Positions 41,266 to 53,800 of a DNA stretch of 64,000 nt are shown one piece after another. A program made the position numbers and the translations under genes. The stretch spans positions 2,418,001-2,482,000 of the forward strand of contig OZ210884.1 in the NCBI GenBank assembly GCA_964658305.1, written 5' to 3'. Under the pieces are notes generated by a model. That model was not told where the DNA came from. It searched no databases and was given only the letters and a program-made list of their open reading frames with translations. The DNA is from Leptogorgia sarmentosa. Lineage: Eukaryota. How positions within the stretch are numbered: the first letter of the stretch is position 1; the number at the start of each line of letters is the position of its first letter.

Positions 41266-44200
41266 TTGAAACAACGGGCTACCCATCATCATGCCCTTGC
41301 TCGTATTTTTATCACAGGTTTACGAAATTTTCGCTGCACATTGCTCTTGGCATGGTGAATACGCATAGTAAATTTGGTGGCGACACCATTCAAAATGGAA
41401 GCCACAGAAGCAATCAAGTCCCTTCACCTGGTATGGTATATTTGCTATTGCTATTGCTCCTGTTGAGATTCCTTTGAAACAACGGGCTACCCATCATCAT
41501 GCCCTTGCTCGTATTTTTATCACAGGTTTACGAAATTTTCGCTGCGCATTGCTCTTGGCATGGTGAATACGCATGGAAAATTTAGTGGCGACACCATTCA
41601 AAATGGAAGCCACAGAAGCAGTCAAGTCCTTTCACCTGGGATGGTATATTTGCTATTGCTATTGCTCCTGTTGAGATTCCTTTGAAACAACGGGCTACCC
41701 ATCATCATGCCCTTGCTCGTATTTTTATCACAGGTTTACGAAATTTTCGCTGCGCATTGCTCTTGGCATGGTGAATATGCATGGTAAATTTGGTGGCGAC
41801 ACCATTCAAAATGGAAGCCACAGAAGCAATCAAGTCCCTTCTCCTGGTATGGTATATTTGCTATTGCTCCTGTTGAGATTCCTTTGAAACAACGGGCTAC
41901 CCATCATAATGCCCTTGCTCGTATTTTTATAACAGGTTTACGAAATTTACGCTGTACATTGCTCTTGGCGATGGTGAATACGCATGGTAAATTTGGTGGC
42001 GACACCATTCAAAATGGAAGCCACAGAAGCAATCAAGTCCCTTCACCTGGTATGGTATATTTGCTATTGCTATTGCTCCTGTTGAGATTCCTTTGAAACA
42101 ACGGGCTAGCCATCATCATGCCCTTGCTCGTATTTTTATAACAGGTTTACGAAATTTACGCTGTACATTGCTCTTGGCGATGGTGAATACACATGGTAAA
42201 TTTGGTGGCGACACCATTCAAAATGGAAGCCACAGAAGCAATCAAGTCCCTTCACCTGGTATGGTATATTTGCTATTGCTATTGCTCCTGTTGAGATTCC
42301 TTTGAAACAACGGGCTACCCATCATCATGCCCTTGCTCGTATTTTTATCACAGGTTTACGAAATTTTCGCTGCACATTGCTCTTGGCATGGTGAATACGC
42401 ATGGTAAATTTGGTGGCGACACCATTCAAAATGGAAGCCACAGAAGCAATCAAGTCCCTTCACCTGGTATGGTATATTTGCTATTGCTATTGCTCCTGTT
42501 GAGATTCCTTTGAAACAACGGGCTACCCATCATCATGCCCTTGCTCGTATTTTTATCACAGGTTTACGAAATTTTCGCTGCGCATTGCTCTTGGCATGGT
42601 GAATACGCATGGAAAATTTAGTGGCGACACCATTCAAAATGGAAGCCACAGAAGCAGTCAAGTCCCTTCACCTGGGATGGTATATTTGCTATTGCTATTG
42701 CTCCTGTTGAGATTCCTTTGAAACAACGGGCTACCCATCATCATGCCCTTGCTCGTATTTTTATCACAGGTTTACGAAATTTTCGCTGCGCATTGCTCTT
42801 GGCATGGTGAATACGCATGGTAAATTTGGTGGCGACACCATTCAAAATGGAAGCCACAGAAGCAATCAAGTCCCTTCTCCTGGTATGGTATATTTGCTAT
42901 TGCTCCTGTTGAGATTCCTTTGAAACAACGGGCTACCCATCATAATGCCCTTGCTCGTATTTTTATAACAGGTTTACGAAATTTACGCTGTACATTGCTC
43001 TTGGCGATGGTGAATACGCATGGTAAATTTGGTGGCGACACCATTCAAAATGGAAGCCACAGAAGCAATCAAGTCCCTTCACCTGGTATGGTATATTTGC
43101 TATTGCTATTGATCCTGTTGAGATTCCTTTGAAACAACGGGCTACCCATCATCATGCCCTTGCTCGTATTTTTATAACAGGTTTACGAAATTTACGCTGT
43201 ACATTGCTCTTGGCGATGGTGAATACGCATGGTAAATTTGGTGGCGACACCATTCAAAATGGAAGCCACAGAAGCAATCAAGTCCCTTCACCTGGTATGG
43301 TATATTTGCTATTGCTATTGCTACTGTTGAGATTCCTTTGAAACAACGGGCTACCCATCATCATGCCCTTGCTCGTATTTTTATCACAGGTTTACGAAAT
43401 TTTCGCTGAACATTGCTCTTGGCATGGTGAATACGCATGGTAAATTTGGTGGCGACACCATTCAAAATGGAAGCCACAGAAGCAATCAAGTCCCTTCACC
43501 TGGTATGGTATATTTGCTATTGCTATTGCTCCTGTTGAGATTCCTTTGAAACAACGGGCTACCCATCATCATGCCCTTGCTCGTATTTTTATCACAGGTT
43601 TACGAAATTTTCGCTGCGCATTGCTCTTGGCATGGTGAATACGCATGGAAAATTTAGTGGCGACACCATTCAAAATGGAAGCCACAGAAGCAGTCAAGTC
43701 CCTTCACCTGGGATGGTATATTTGCTATTGCTATTGCTCCTGTTGAGATTCCTTTGAAACAACGGGCTACCCATCATCATGCCCTTGCTCGTATTTTTAT
43801 CACAGGTTTACGAAATTTTCGCTGCGCATTGCTCTTGGCATGGTGAATACGCATGGTAAATTTGGTGGCGACACCATTCAAAATGGAAGCCACAGAAGCA
43901 ATCAAGTCCCTTCTCCTGGTATGGTATATTTGCTATTGCTCCTGTTGAGATTCCTTTGAAACAACGGGCTACCCATCATAATGCCCTTGCTCGTATTTTT
44001 ATAACAGGTTTACGAAATTTACGCTGTACATTGCTCTTGGCGATGGTGAATACGCATGGTAAATTTGGTGGCGACACCATTCAAAATGGAAGCCACAGAA
44101 GCAATCAAGTCCCTTCACCTGGTATGGTATATTTGCTATTGCTATTGATCCTGTTGAGATTCCTTTGAAACAACGGGCTACCCATCATCATGCCCTTGCT

Positions 44201-47200
44201 CGTATTTTTATAACAGGTTTACGAAATTTACGCTGTACATTGCTCTTGGCGATGGTGAATACGCATGGTAAATTTGGTGGCGACACCATTCAAAATGGAA
44301 GCCACAGAAGCAATCAAGTCCCTTCACCTGGTATGGTATATTTGCTATTGCTATTGCTACTGTTGAGATTCCTTTGAAACAACGGGCTACCCATCATCAT
44401 GCCCTTGCTCGTATTTTTATCACAGGTTTACGAAATTTTCGCTGAACATTGCTCTTGGCATGGTGAATACGCATGGTAAATTTGGTGGCGACACCATTCA
44501 AAATGGAAGCCACAGAAGCAATCAAGTCCCCTCACCTGGTATGGTGTATTTGCTATTGCTATTGCTCCTGTTGAGATTCCTTTGAAACAACGGGCTACCC
44601 ATCATCATGCCCTTGCTAGTATTTTTATCACAGGTTTACGAAATTTTCGCTGCACATTGCTCTTGGCATGGTGAAAACGCACGGTAAATTTGGGGGCGAC
44701 ACCATTCAAAATGGAAGCCACAGAAGCAATCAAGTCCCCTCACCTGGTATGGTGTATTTGCTATTGCTATTGCTCCTGTTGAGATTCCTTTGAAACAACG
44801 GGCTACCCATCATCATGCCCTTGCTAGTATTTTTATCACAGGTTTACGAAATTTTCGCTGCACATTGCTCTTGGCATGGTGAAAACGCACGGTAAATTTG
44901 GTGGCGACACCATTCAAAATGGAAGCCACAGAAGCAATCAAGTCCCTTCTCCTGGTATGGTATATTTGCTATTGCTCCTGTTGAGATTCCTTTGAAACAA
45001 CGGGCTACCCATCATAATGCCCTTGCTCGTATTTTTATAACAGGTTTACGAAATTTACGCTGTACATTGCTCTTGGCGATGGTGAATACGCATGGTAAAT
45101 TTGGTGGCGACACCATTCAAAATGGAAGCCACAGAAGCAATCAAGTCCCTTCACCTGGTATGGTATATTTGCTATTGCTATTGCTCCTGTTGAGATTCCT
45201 TTGAAACAACGGGCTACCCATCATCATGCCCTTGCTCGTATTTTTATAACAGGTTTACGAAATTTACGCTGTACATTGCTCTTGGCGATGGTGAATACGC
45301 ATGGTAAATTTGGTGGCGACACCATTCAAAATGGAAGCCACAGAAGCAATCAAGTCCCTTCACCTGGTATGGTATATTTGCTATTGCTATTGCTCCTGTT
45401 GAGATTCCTTTGAAACAACGGGCTACCCATCATCATGCCCTTGCTCGTATTTTTATCACAGGTTTACGAAATTTTCGCTGCACATTGCTCTTGGCATGGG
45501 GAATACGCATGGTGAATTTGGTGGCGACACCATTCAAAATGGAAGCCACAGAAGCAATCAAGTCCCCTCACCTGGTATGGTGTATTTGCTATTGCTATTG
45601 CTCCTGTTGAGATTCCTTTGAAACAACGGGCTACCCATCATCATGCCCTTGCTAGTATTTTTATCACAGGTTTACGAAATTTTCGCTGCACATTGCTCTT
45701 GGCATGGTGAAAACGCACGGTAAATTTGGTGGCGACACCATTCAAAATGGAAGCCACAGAAGCAATCAAGTCCCTTCACCTGGTATGGTATATTTGCTAT
45801 TGCTATTGCTCCTGTTGAGATTCCTTTGAAACAACGGGCTACCCATCATCATGCCCTTGCTCGTATTTTTATAACAGGTTTACGAAATTTACGCTGTACA
45901 TTGCTCTTGGCGATGGTGAATACACATGGTAAATTTGGTGGCGACACCATTCAAAATGGAAGCCACAGAAGCAATCAAGTCCCTTCACCTGGTATGGTAT
46001 ATTTGCTATTGCTATTGCTCCTGTTGAGATTCCTTTGAAACAACGGGCTACCCATCATCATGCCCTTGCTCGTATTTTTATCACAGGTTTACGAAATTTT
46101 CGCTGCACATTGCTCTTGGCATGGTGAATACGCATGGTAAATTTGGTGGCGACACCATTCAAAATGGAAGCCACAGAAGCAATCAAGTCCCTTCACCTGG
46201 TATGGTATATTTGCTATTGCTATTGCTCCTGTTGAGATTCCTTTGAAACAACGGGCTACCCATCATCATGCCCTTGCTCGTATTTTTATCACAGGTTTAC
46301 GAAATTTTCGCTGCGCATTGCTCTTGGCATGGTGAATACGCATGGAAAATTTAGTGGCGACACCATTCAAAATGGAAGCCACAGAAGCAGTCAAGTCCCT
46401 TCACCTGGGATGGTATATTTGCTATTGCTATTGCTCCTGTTGAGATTCCTTTGAAACAACGGGCTACCCATCATCATGCCCTTGCTCGTATTTTTATCAC
46501 AGGTTTACGAAATTTTCGCTGCGCATTGCTCTTGGCATGGTGAATACGCATGGTAAATTTGGTGGCGACACCATTCAAAATGGAAGCCACAGAAGCAATC
46601 AAGTCCCTTCTCCTGGTATGGTATATTTGCTATTGCTCCTGTTGAGATTCCTTTGAAACAACGGGCTACCCATCATAATGCCCTTGCTCGTATTTTTATA
46701 ACAGGTTTACGAAATTTACGCTGTACATTGCTCTTGGCGATGGTGAATACGCATGGTAAATTTGGTGGCGACACCATTCAAAATGGAAGCCACAGAAGCA
46801 ATCAAGTCCCCTCACCTGGTATGGTGTATTTGCTATTGCTATTGCTCCTGTTGAGATTCCTTTGAAACAACGGGCTACCCATCATCATGCCCTTGCTAGT
46901 ATTTTTATCACAGGTTTACGAAATTTTCGCTGCACATTGCTCTTGGCATGGTGAAAACGCACGGTAAATTTGGTGGCGACACCATTCAAAATGGAAGCCA
47001 CAGAAGCAATCAAGTCCCTTCACCTGGTATGGTATATTTGCTATTGCTATTGCTCCTGTTGAGATTCCTTTGAAACAACGGGCTACCCATCATCATGCCC
47101 TTGCTCGTATTTTTATCACAGGTTTACGAAATTTTCGCTGCACATTGCTCTTGGCATGGTGAATACGCATGGTAAATTTGCTGGCGACACCATTCAAAAT

Positions 47201-48724
47201 GGAAGCCACAGAAGCAATGAAGTCCCTTCACCTGGTATTGTGTATTTGCTATTGCTATTGCTCCTGTTGAGATTCCTTTGAAACAACGGGCTACCCATCA
47301 TCATGCCCTTGCTCGTATTTTTATCACAGGTTTACGAAATTTTCGCTGCGCATTGCTCTTGGCATGGTGAATACGCATGGAAAATTTAGTGGCGACACCA
47401 TTCAAAATGGAAGCCACAGAAGCAGTCAAGTCCCTTCACCTGGGATGGTATATTTGCTATTGCTATTGCTCCTGTTGAGATTCCTTTGAAACAACGGGCT
47501 ACCCATCATCATGCCCTTGCTCGTATTTTTATCACAGGTTTACGAAATTTACGCTGTACATTGCACTTGGCGATGGTGAATACACATGGTAAATTTGGTG
47601 GCGACACCATTCAAAATGGAAGCCACAGAAGCAATCAAGTCCCTTCACCTGGTATGGTATATTTGCTATTGCTATTGCTCCTGTTGAGATTCCTTTGAAA
47701 CAACGGGCTACCCATCATCATGCCCTTGCTCGTATTTTTATCACAGGTTTACGAAATTTTCGCTGCACATTGCTCTTGGCATGGTGAATACGCATGGTAA
47801 ATTTGGTGGCGACACCATTCAAAATGGAAGCCACAGAAGCAATCAAGTCCCTTCACCTGGTATGGTATATTTGCTATTGCTATTGCTCCTGTTGAGATTC
47901 CTTTGAAACAACGGGCTACCCATCATCATGCCCTTGCTCGTATTTTTATCACAGGTTTACGAAATTTTCGCTGCGCATTGCTCTTGGCATGGTGAATACG
48001 CATGGAAAATTTAGTGGCGACACCATTCAAAATGGAAGCCACAGAAGCAGTCAAGTCCCTTCACCTGGGATGGTATATTTGCTATTGCTATTGCTCCTGT
48101 TGAGATTCCTTTGAAACAACGGGCTACCCATCATCATGCCCTTGCTCGTATTTTTATCACAGGTTTACGAAATTTTCGCTGCGCATTGCTCTTGGCATGG
48201 TGAATACGCATGGTAAATTTGGTGGCGACACCATTCAAAATGGAAGCCACAGAAGCAATCAAGTCCCTTCTCCTGGTATGGTATATTTGCTATTGCTCCT
48301 GTTGAGATTCCTTTGAAACAACGGGCTACCCATCATAATGCCCTTGCTCGTATTTTTATAACAGGTTTACGAAATTTACGCTGTACATTGCTCTTGGCGA
48401 TGGTGAATACGCATGGTAAATTTGGTGGCGACACCATTCAAAATGGAAGCCACAGAAGCAATCAAGTCCCTTCTCCTGGTATGGTATATTTGCTATTGCT
48501 CCTGTTGAGATTCCTTTGAAACAACGGGCTACCCATCATAATGCCCTTGCTCGTATTTTTATAACAGGTTTACGAAATTTACGCTGTACATTGCTCTTGG
48601 CGATGGTGAATACGCATGGTAAATTTGGTGGCGACACCATTCAAAATGGAAGCCACAGAAGCAATCAAGTCCCCTCACCTGGTATGGTGTATTTGCTATT
48701 GCTATTGCTCCTGTTGAGATTCCT
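41266..48724 (+). repeat. Higher-order repeat domain: 5-mer of 1036 bp (209+209+208+208+202) and a derived 8-mer period (1660 bp)
   Basis: Offsets 41884/42920/43956/44992 = 1036; 45826/47486 and 46653/48313 = 1660. Markers: CATAATGCC, TTTATAACAGG, TTTACGCTGTAC, GGAAAATTTAGTGG, CCTGGGATGG. Confidence 0.9.
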
Positions 48725-50804
48725 TTGAAACAACGGGCTACCCATCATCATGTCCTTGCTCGTATTTTTATCACAGGTTTACGAAATTTTCGCTGCACAT
48801 TGCTCTTGGCATGGTGAATACGCATGGTAAATTCGGTAGCGACACCATTCAAAATGGAAGCCACAGAAGCAATCAAGTCCCTTCACCTGGTATGGTATAT
48901 TTGCTATTGCTATTGCTCCTGTTGAGATTCCTTTGAAACAACGGGCTACCCATCATCAAGCCCTTGCTCGTATTTTTATCACAGGTTTACGAAATTTTCG
49001 CTGCACATTGCCCTTGGCATGGTGAATACGCATGGTAAATTTGGTGGCGACACCATTCAAAATGGAAGCCACAGAAGCAATCAAGTCCCTTCACCTGGTA
49101 TGGTATATTTGCTATTGCTATTGCTCCTGTTGAGATTACTTTGAAACAACGGGCTACCCATCATCATGCCCTTGCTCGTATTTTTATCACAGGTTTACGA
49201 AATTTTCGCTGCACATTGCCCTTGGCATGGTGAATACGCATGGTAAATTTAGTGGCGACACCATTCAAAATGGAAGCCACAGAAGCAATCAAGTCCCTTC
49301 ACCTGGTATGGTATATTTGCTATTGCTATTGCTCCTGTTGAGATTACTTTGAAACAACGGGCTACCCATCATCATGCCCTTGCTCGTATTTTTATCACAG
49401 GTTTACGAAATTTTCGCTGTACATTGCTCTTGGCATGGTGAATACGCATGGTAAATTTTGTGGCGACACCATTCAAAATGGAAGCCACAGAAGCAATCAA
49501 GTCCCTTCACCTGGTATGGTATATTTGCTATTGCTATTGCTCCTGTTGAGATTCCTTTGAAACAACGGGCTACCCATCATCATGCCCTTGCTCGTATTTT
49601 TATCACAGGTTTACGAAATTTTCGCTGCACATTGCCCTTGGCATGGTGAATACGCATGGTAAATTCGGTAGCGACACCACTCAAAATGGAAGCCACAGAA
49701 GCAATCAAGTCCCTTCACCTGGTATGGTATATTTGCTATTGCTATTGCTCCTGTTGAGATTCCTTTGAAACAACGGGCTACCCATCATCAAGCCCTTGCT
49801 CGTATTTTTATCACAGGTTTACGAAATTTTCGCTGCACATTGCTCTTGGCATGGTGAATACTCATGGTAAATTTGAGGGCGACACCATTCAAAATGGAAG
49901 CCACAGAAGCAATCAAGTCCCTTCACCTGGTATGGTATATTTGCTATTGCTATTGCTCCTGTTGAGATTACTTTGAAACAACGGGCTACCCATCATCATG
50001 CCCTTGCTCGTATTTTTATCACAGGTTTACGAAATTTTCGCTGCGCATTGCCCTTGGCATGGTGAATACGCATGGTAAATTTAGTGGCGACACCATTCAA
50101 AATGGAAGCCACAGAAGCAATCAAGTCCCTTCACCTGGTATGGTATATTTGCTATTGCTATTGCTCCTGTTGAGATTCCTTTGAAACAACGGGCTACCCA
50201 TCATCATGCCCTTGCTCGTATTTTTATCACAGGTTTACGAAATTTTCGCTGCACATTGCTCTTGGCATGGTGAATACGCATGGTAAATTTGCTGGCGACA
50301 CCATTCAAAATGGAAGCCACAGAAGCAATCAAGTCCCTTCACCTGGTATTGTGTATTTGCTATTGCTATTGCTCCTGTTGAGATTCCTTTGAAACAACGG
50401 GCGACCCAACATCATGTCCTTGCTCGTATTTTTATCACAGGTTTACGAAATTTTCGCTGCACATTGCCCTTGGCATGGTGAATACGCATGGTAAATTCGG
50501 TAGCGACACCATTCAAAATGGAAGCCACAGAAGCAATCAAGTCCCTTCACCTGGTATGGTATATTTGCTATTGCTATTGCTCCTGTTGAGATTCCTTTGA
50601 AAGAACGGGCTACCCATCATCAAGCCCTTGCTCGTATTTTTATCACAGGTTTACGAAATTTTCGCTGCACATTGCTCTTGGCATGGTGAATACTCATGGT
50701 AAATTTGATGGCGACACCATTCAAAATGGAAGCCACAGAAGCAATCAAGTCCCTTCACCTGGTATGGTATATTTGCTATTGCTATTGCTCCTGTTGAGAT
50801 TCCT
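48725..50804 (+). repeat. Diverged 4-mer higher-order repeat (832 bp), about 2.5 copies
   Basis: An AAATTCGGTAGC monomer followed by a CATCAAGCCC monomer recurs in units starting near 48725, 49557 and 50389. Confidence 0.78.
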
Positions 50805-53800
50805 TTGAAACAACGGGCTACCCATCATCATGCCCTTGCTCGTATTTTTATCACAGGTTTACGAAATTTTCGCTGCACATTGCTCTTGGCATGGTGAATA
50901 CGCATGGTAAATTTGGTGGCGACACCATTCAAAATGGAAGCCACAGAAGCAATCAAATCCCTTCACCTGGTATGGTGTACTTGCTATTGCTATTGCTCCT
51001 GTTGAGATTCCTTTGAAACAACGGGCTACCCATCATCATGCCCTTGCTCGAATTTTTATCACAGGTTTACGAAATTTTCACTGCTCATTGCTCTTAGCAT
51101 GGGGAATACGCAACGTAAATTTGGTGGCGACACCATTCAAAATGGAAGCCACAGAAGCAATCAAGTCCCTTCACCTGATATGGTATATTTGCTATTGCTA
51201 TTGCTCCTGTTGAGATTCCTTTGAAACAACGGGCTACCCATCATCATGCCCTTGCTCGTATTTTTATCACAGGTTTACGAAATTTTCGCTGCACATTGCT
51301 CTTGGCATGGTGAATACGCATGGGAAATTTGGTGTCGACACCATTCAAAATGGAAGCCACACAAGCAATCAAATCCCTTCACCTGGTATAGTGTACTTGC
51401 TATTGCTATTGCTCCTGTTGAGATTCCTTTGAAACAACGGGCTACCCATCATCATGCCCTTGCTCGAATTTTTATCACAGGTTTACGAAATTTTCACTGC
51501 ACATTGCTCTTAGCATGGTCAATACGCAACGTAAATTTGGTGGCGACACCATTCAAAATGGAAGCCACAGAAGCAATCAAGTCCCTTCACCTGATATGGT
51601 ATATTTGCTATTGCTATTGCTCCTGTTGAGATTCCTTTGAAACAACGGGCTACCCATCATCATGCCCTTGCTCGTATTTTTATCACAGGTTTACGAAATT
51701 TTCGCTGCACATTGCTCTTGGCATGGTGAATACGCATGGGAAATTTGGTGTCGACACCATTCAAAATGGAAGCCACAGAAGCAATCAAGTCCCTTCACTT
51801 GGTATGGTATATTTGCTATTGCTATTGCTCCTGTTGAGATTCCTTTGAAACAACGGGCTACCCATCATCATGCCCTTGCTCGTATTTTTATTACAGGTTT
51901 ACCAAATTTACGCTGCGCATTGCTCTTGGCATGGTGAATACGCATGGTAAATTTGGTGGCGACACCAGTCAAAATGGAAGCCACAGAAGCAATCAAGTCC
52001 CTTCACCTGGTATGGTATCTTTGCTATTGCTCCTGTTGAGATTCCTTTGAAACAACGGGCTACCCATCATCATGCACTTGCTCGTATTTTTATCACAGGT
52101 TTACCAAATTTACGCTGCGCATTGCTCTTGGCATGGTGAATACGCATGGTAAATTTGGTGGCGACACCAGTCAAAATGGAAGCCACAGAAGCAATCAAGT
52201 CCCTTCACCTGGTATGGTATCTTTGCTATTGCTCCTGTTGAGATTCCTTTGAAACAACGGGCTACCCATCATCATGCCCTTGCTCGTATTTTTATCACAG
52301 GTTTACGAAATTGTCGCTGCACATTGCTCTTGGCATGGTGAATACGCATGGTAAATTCGGTGGCGACACCATTCAAAATCGAAGCCACAGAAGCAATCAA
52401 GTCCCTTCTCCTGGTATGGTAAATTTGCTATTGCTCCTGTTGAGATTCCTTTGAAACAACGGGCTACCCATCATCATGCCCTTGCTCGTATTTTTATCAC
52501 AGGTTTACGAAATTTTCGCTGCGCATTGCTCTTGGCATGGTGAATACGCATGGTAAATTTGGTGGCGACACCATTCAAAATGGAAGCCACAGAAGCAATC
52601 AAGTCCCTTCACCTGGTATGGTATATTTGCTATTGCTATTGCTCCTGTTGAGATTCCTTTGAAACAACGGGCTACCCATCATCATGCCCTTGCTCGTATT
52701 TTTATCACAGGTTTACGAAATTTTCGCTGCACATTGCTCTTGGCATGGTGAATACGCATGGTAAATTTGGTGGCGACACCATTCAAAATGGAAGCCACAG
52801 AAGCAATCAAGTCCCTTCTCCTGGTATGGTATATTTGCTATTGCTCCTGTTGAGATTCCTTTGAAACAACGGGCTACCCATCATCATGCCCTTGCTCGTA
52901 TTTTTATCACAGGTTTACGAAATCTACGCTGCACATTGCTTTTGGCATGGTCAATACGCATGGTAAATTTGGTGGCGACACCATTCAAAATGGAAGCCAC
53001 AGAAGCAATCAAGTCCCTTCACCTGGTATGGTATATTTGCTATTGCTCCTGTTGAGATTCCTTTGAAACAACGGGCTACCAATCATCATGCCCTTGCTCG
53101 TATTTTTATCACAGGTTTACGACATTTACGCTGCACATTGCTCTTGGCATGGTGAATACGCATGGTAAATTTGGTGGCGACACCATTCAAAATGGAAGCC
53201 ACAGAAGCAATCAAGTCCCTTCACCTGGTATGGTATATTTGCTATTGCTATTGCTCCAGTTGAGGTTCCTTTGAAACAACGGGCTACCCATCATCATGCC
53301 CTTGCTCGTATTTTTATCACAGTTTTACGAAATTTTCGCTGCACATTGCTCTTGGCATGGTGAATACGCATGGTAAATTTGGTGGCGACACCATTCAAAA
53401 TAGAAGCCACAGAAGCAATCAAGTCCCTTCTCCTGGTATGGTATATTTGCTATTGCTCCTGTTGAGATTCCTTTGAAACAACGGGCTACCCATCATCATG
53501 CCCTTGCTCGTATTTTTATCACAGGTTTACGAAATTTACGCTGCATATTGCTCTTGGCATGGTGAATACGCATGGTAAATTTGGTGGCGACACCATTCAA
53601 AATGGAAGCCACAGAAGCAATCAAGTCCCTTCACCTGGTATGGTATATTTGCTATTGCTCCAGTTGAGGTTCCTTTGAAACAACGGGCTACCCATCATCA
53701 TGCCCTTGCTCGTATTTTTATCACAGGTTTACGAAAGTTTCGCTGCGCATTGTTCTTGGCATGGTGAATACGCATGGTAAATTTGGTGGCGACACCATTC

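Noticed and set aside
46035..46242. Minus-strand echoes of 5S rRNA (CCATACCA..TGAA; GATGGGT), a box C motif (ATGATGA), and a plus-strand Sm-like AATTTGG
   Set aside because: The matches are short, their spacing is about twice that in 5S rRNA, there is no box D (CTGA) partner, and no recognisable spliced leader or snRNA. An RNA gene array is not supported.
46229..46249. Hammerhead-ribozyme-like CTGTTGA...GAAAC (some animal satellites encode hammerheads)
   Set aside because: The core needs CUGANGA but this is CUGUUGA. The would-be stem II (GATTCCTTT) barely pairs, I found no convincing stems I and III, and the segment pairs better with CAACGGG. Infernal would settle it.
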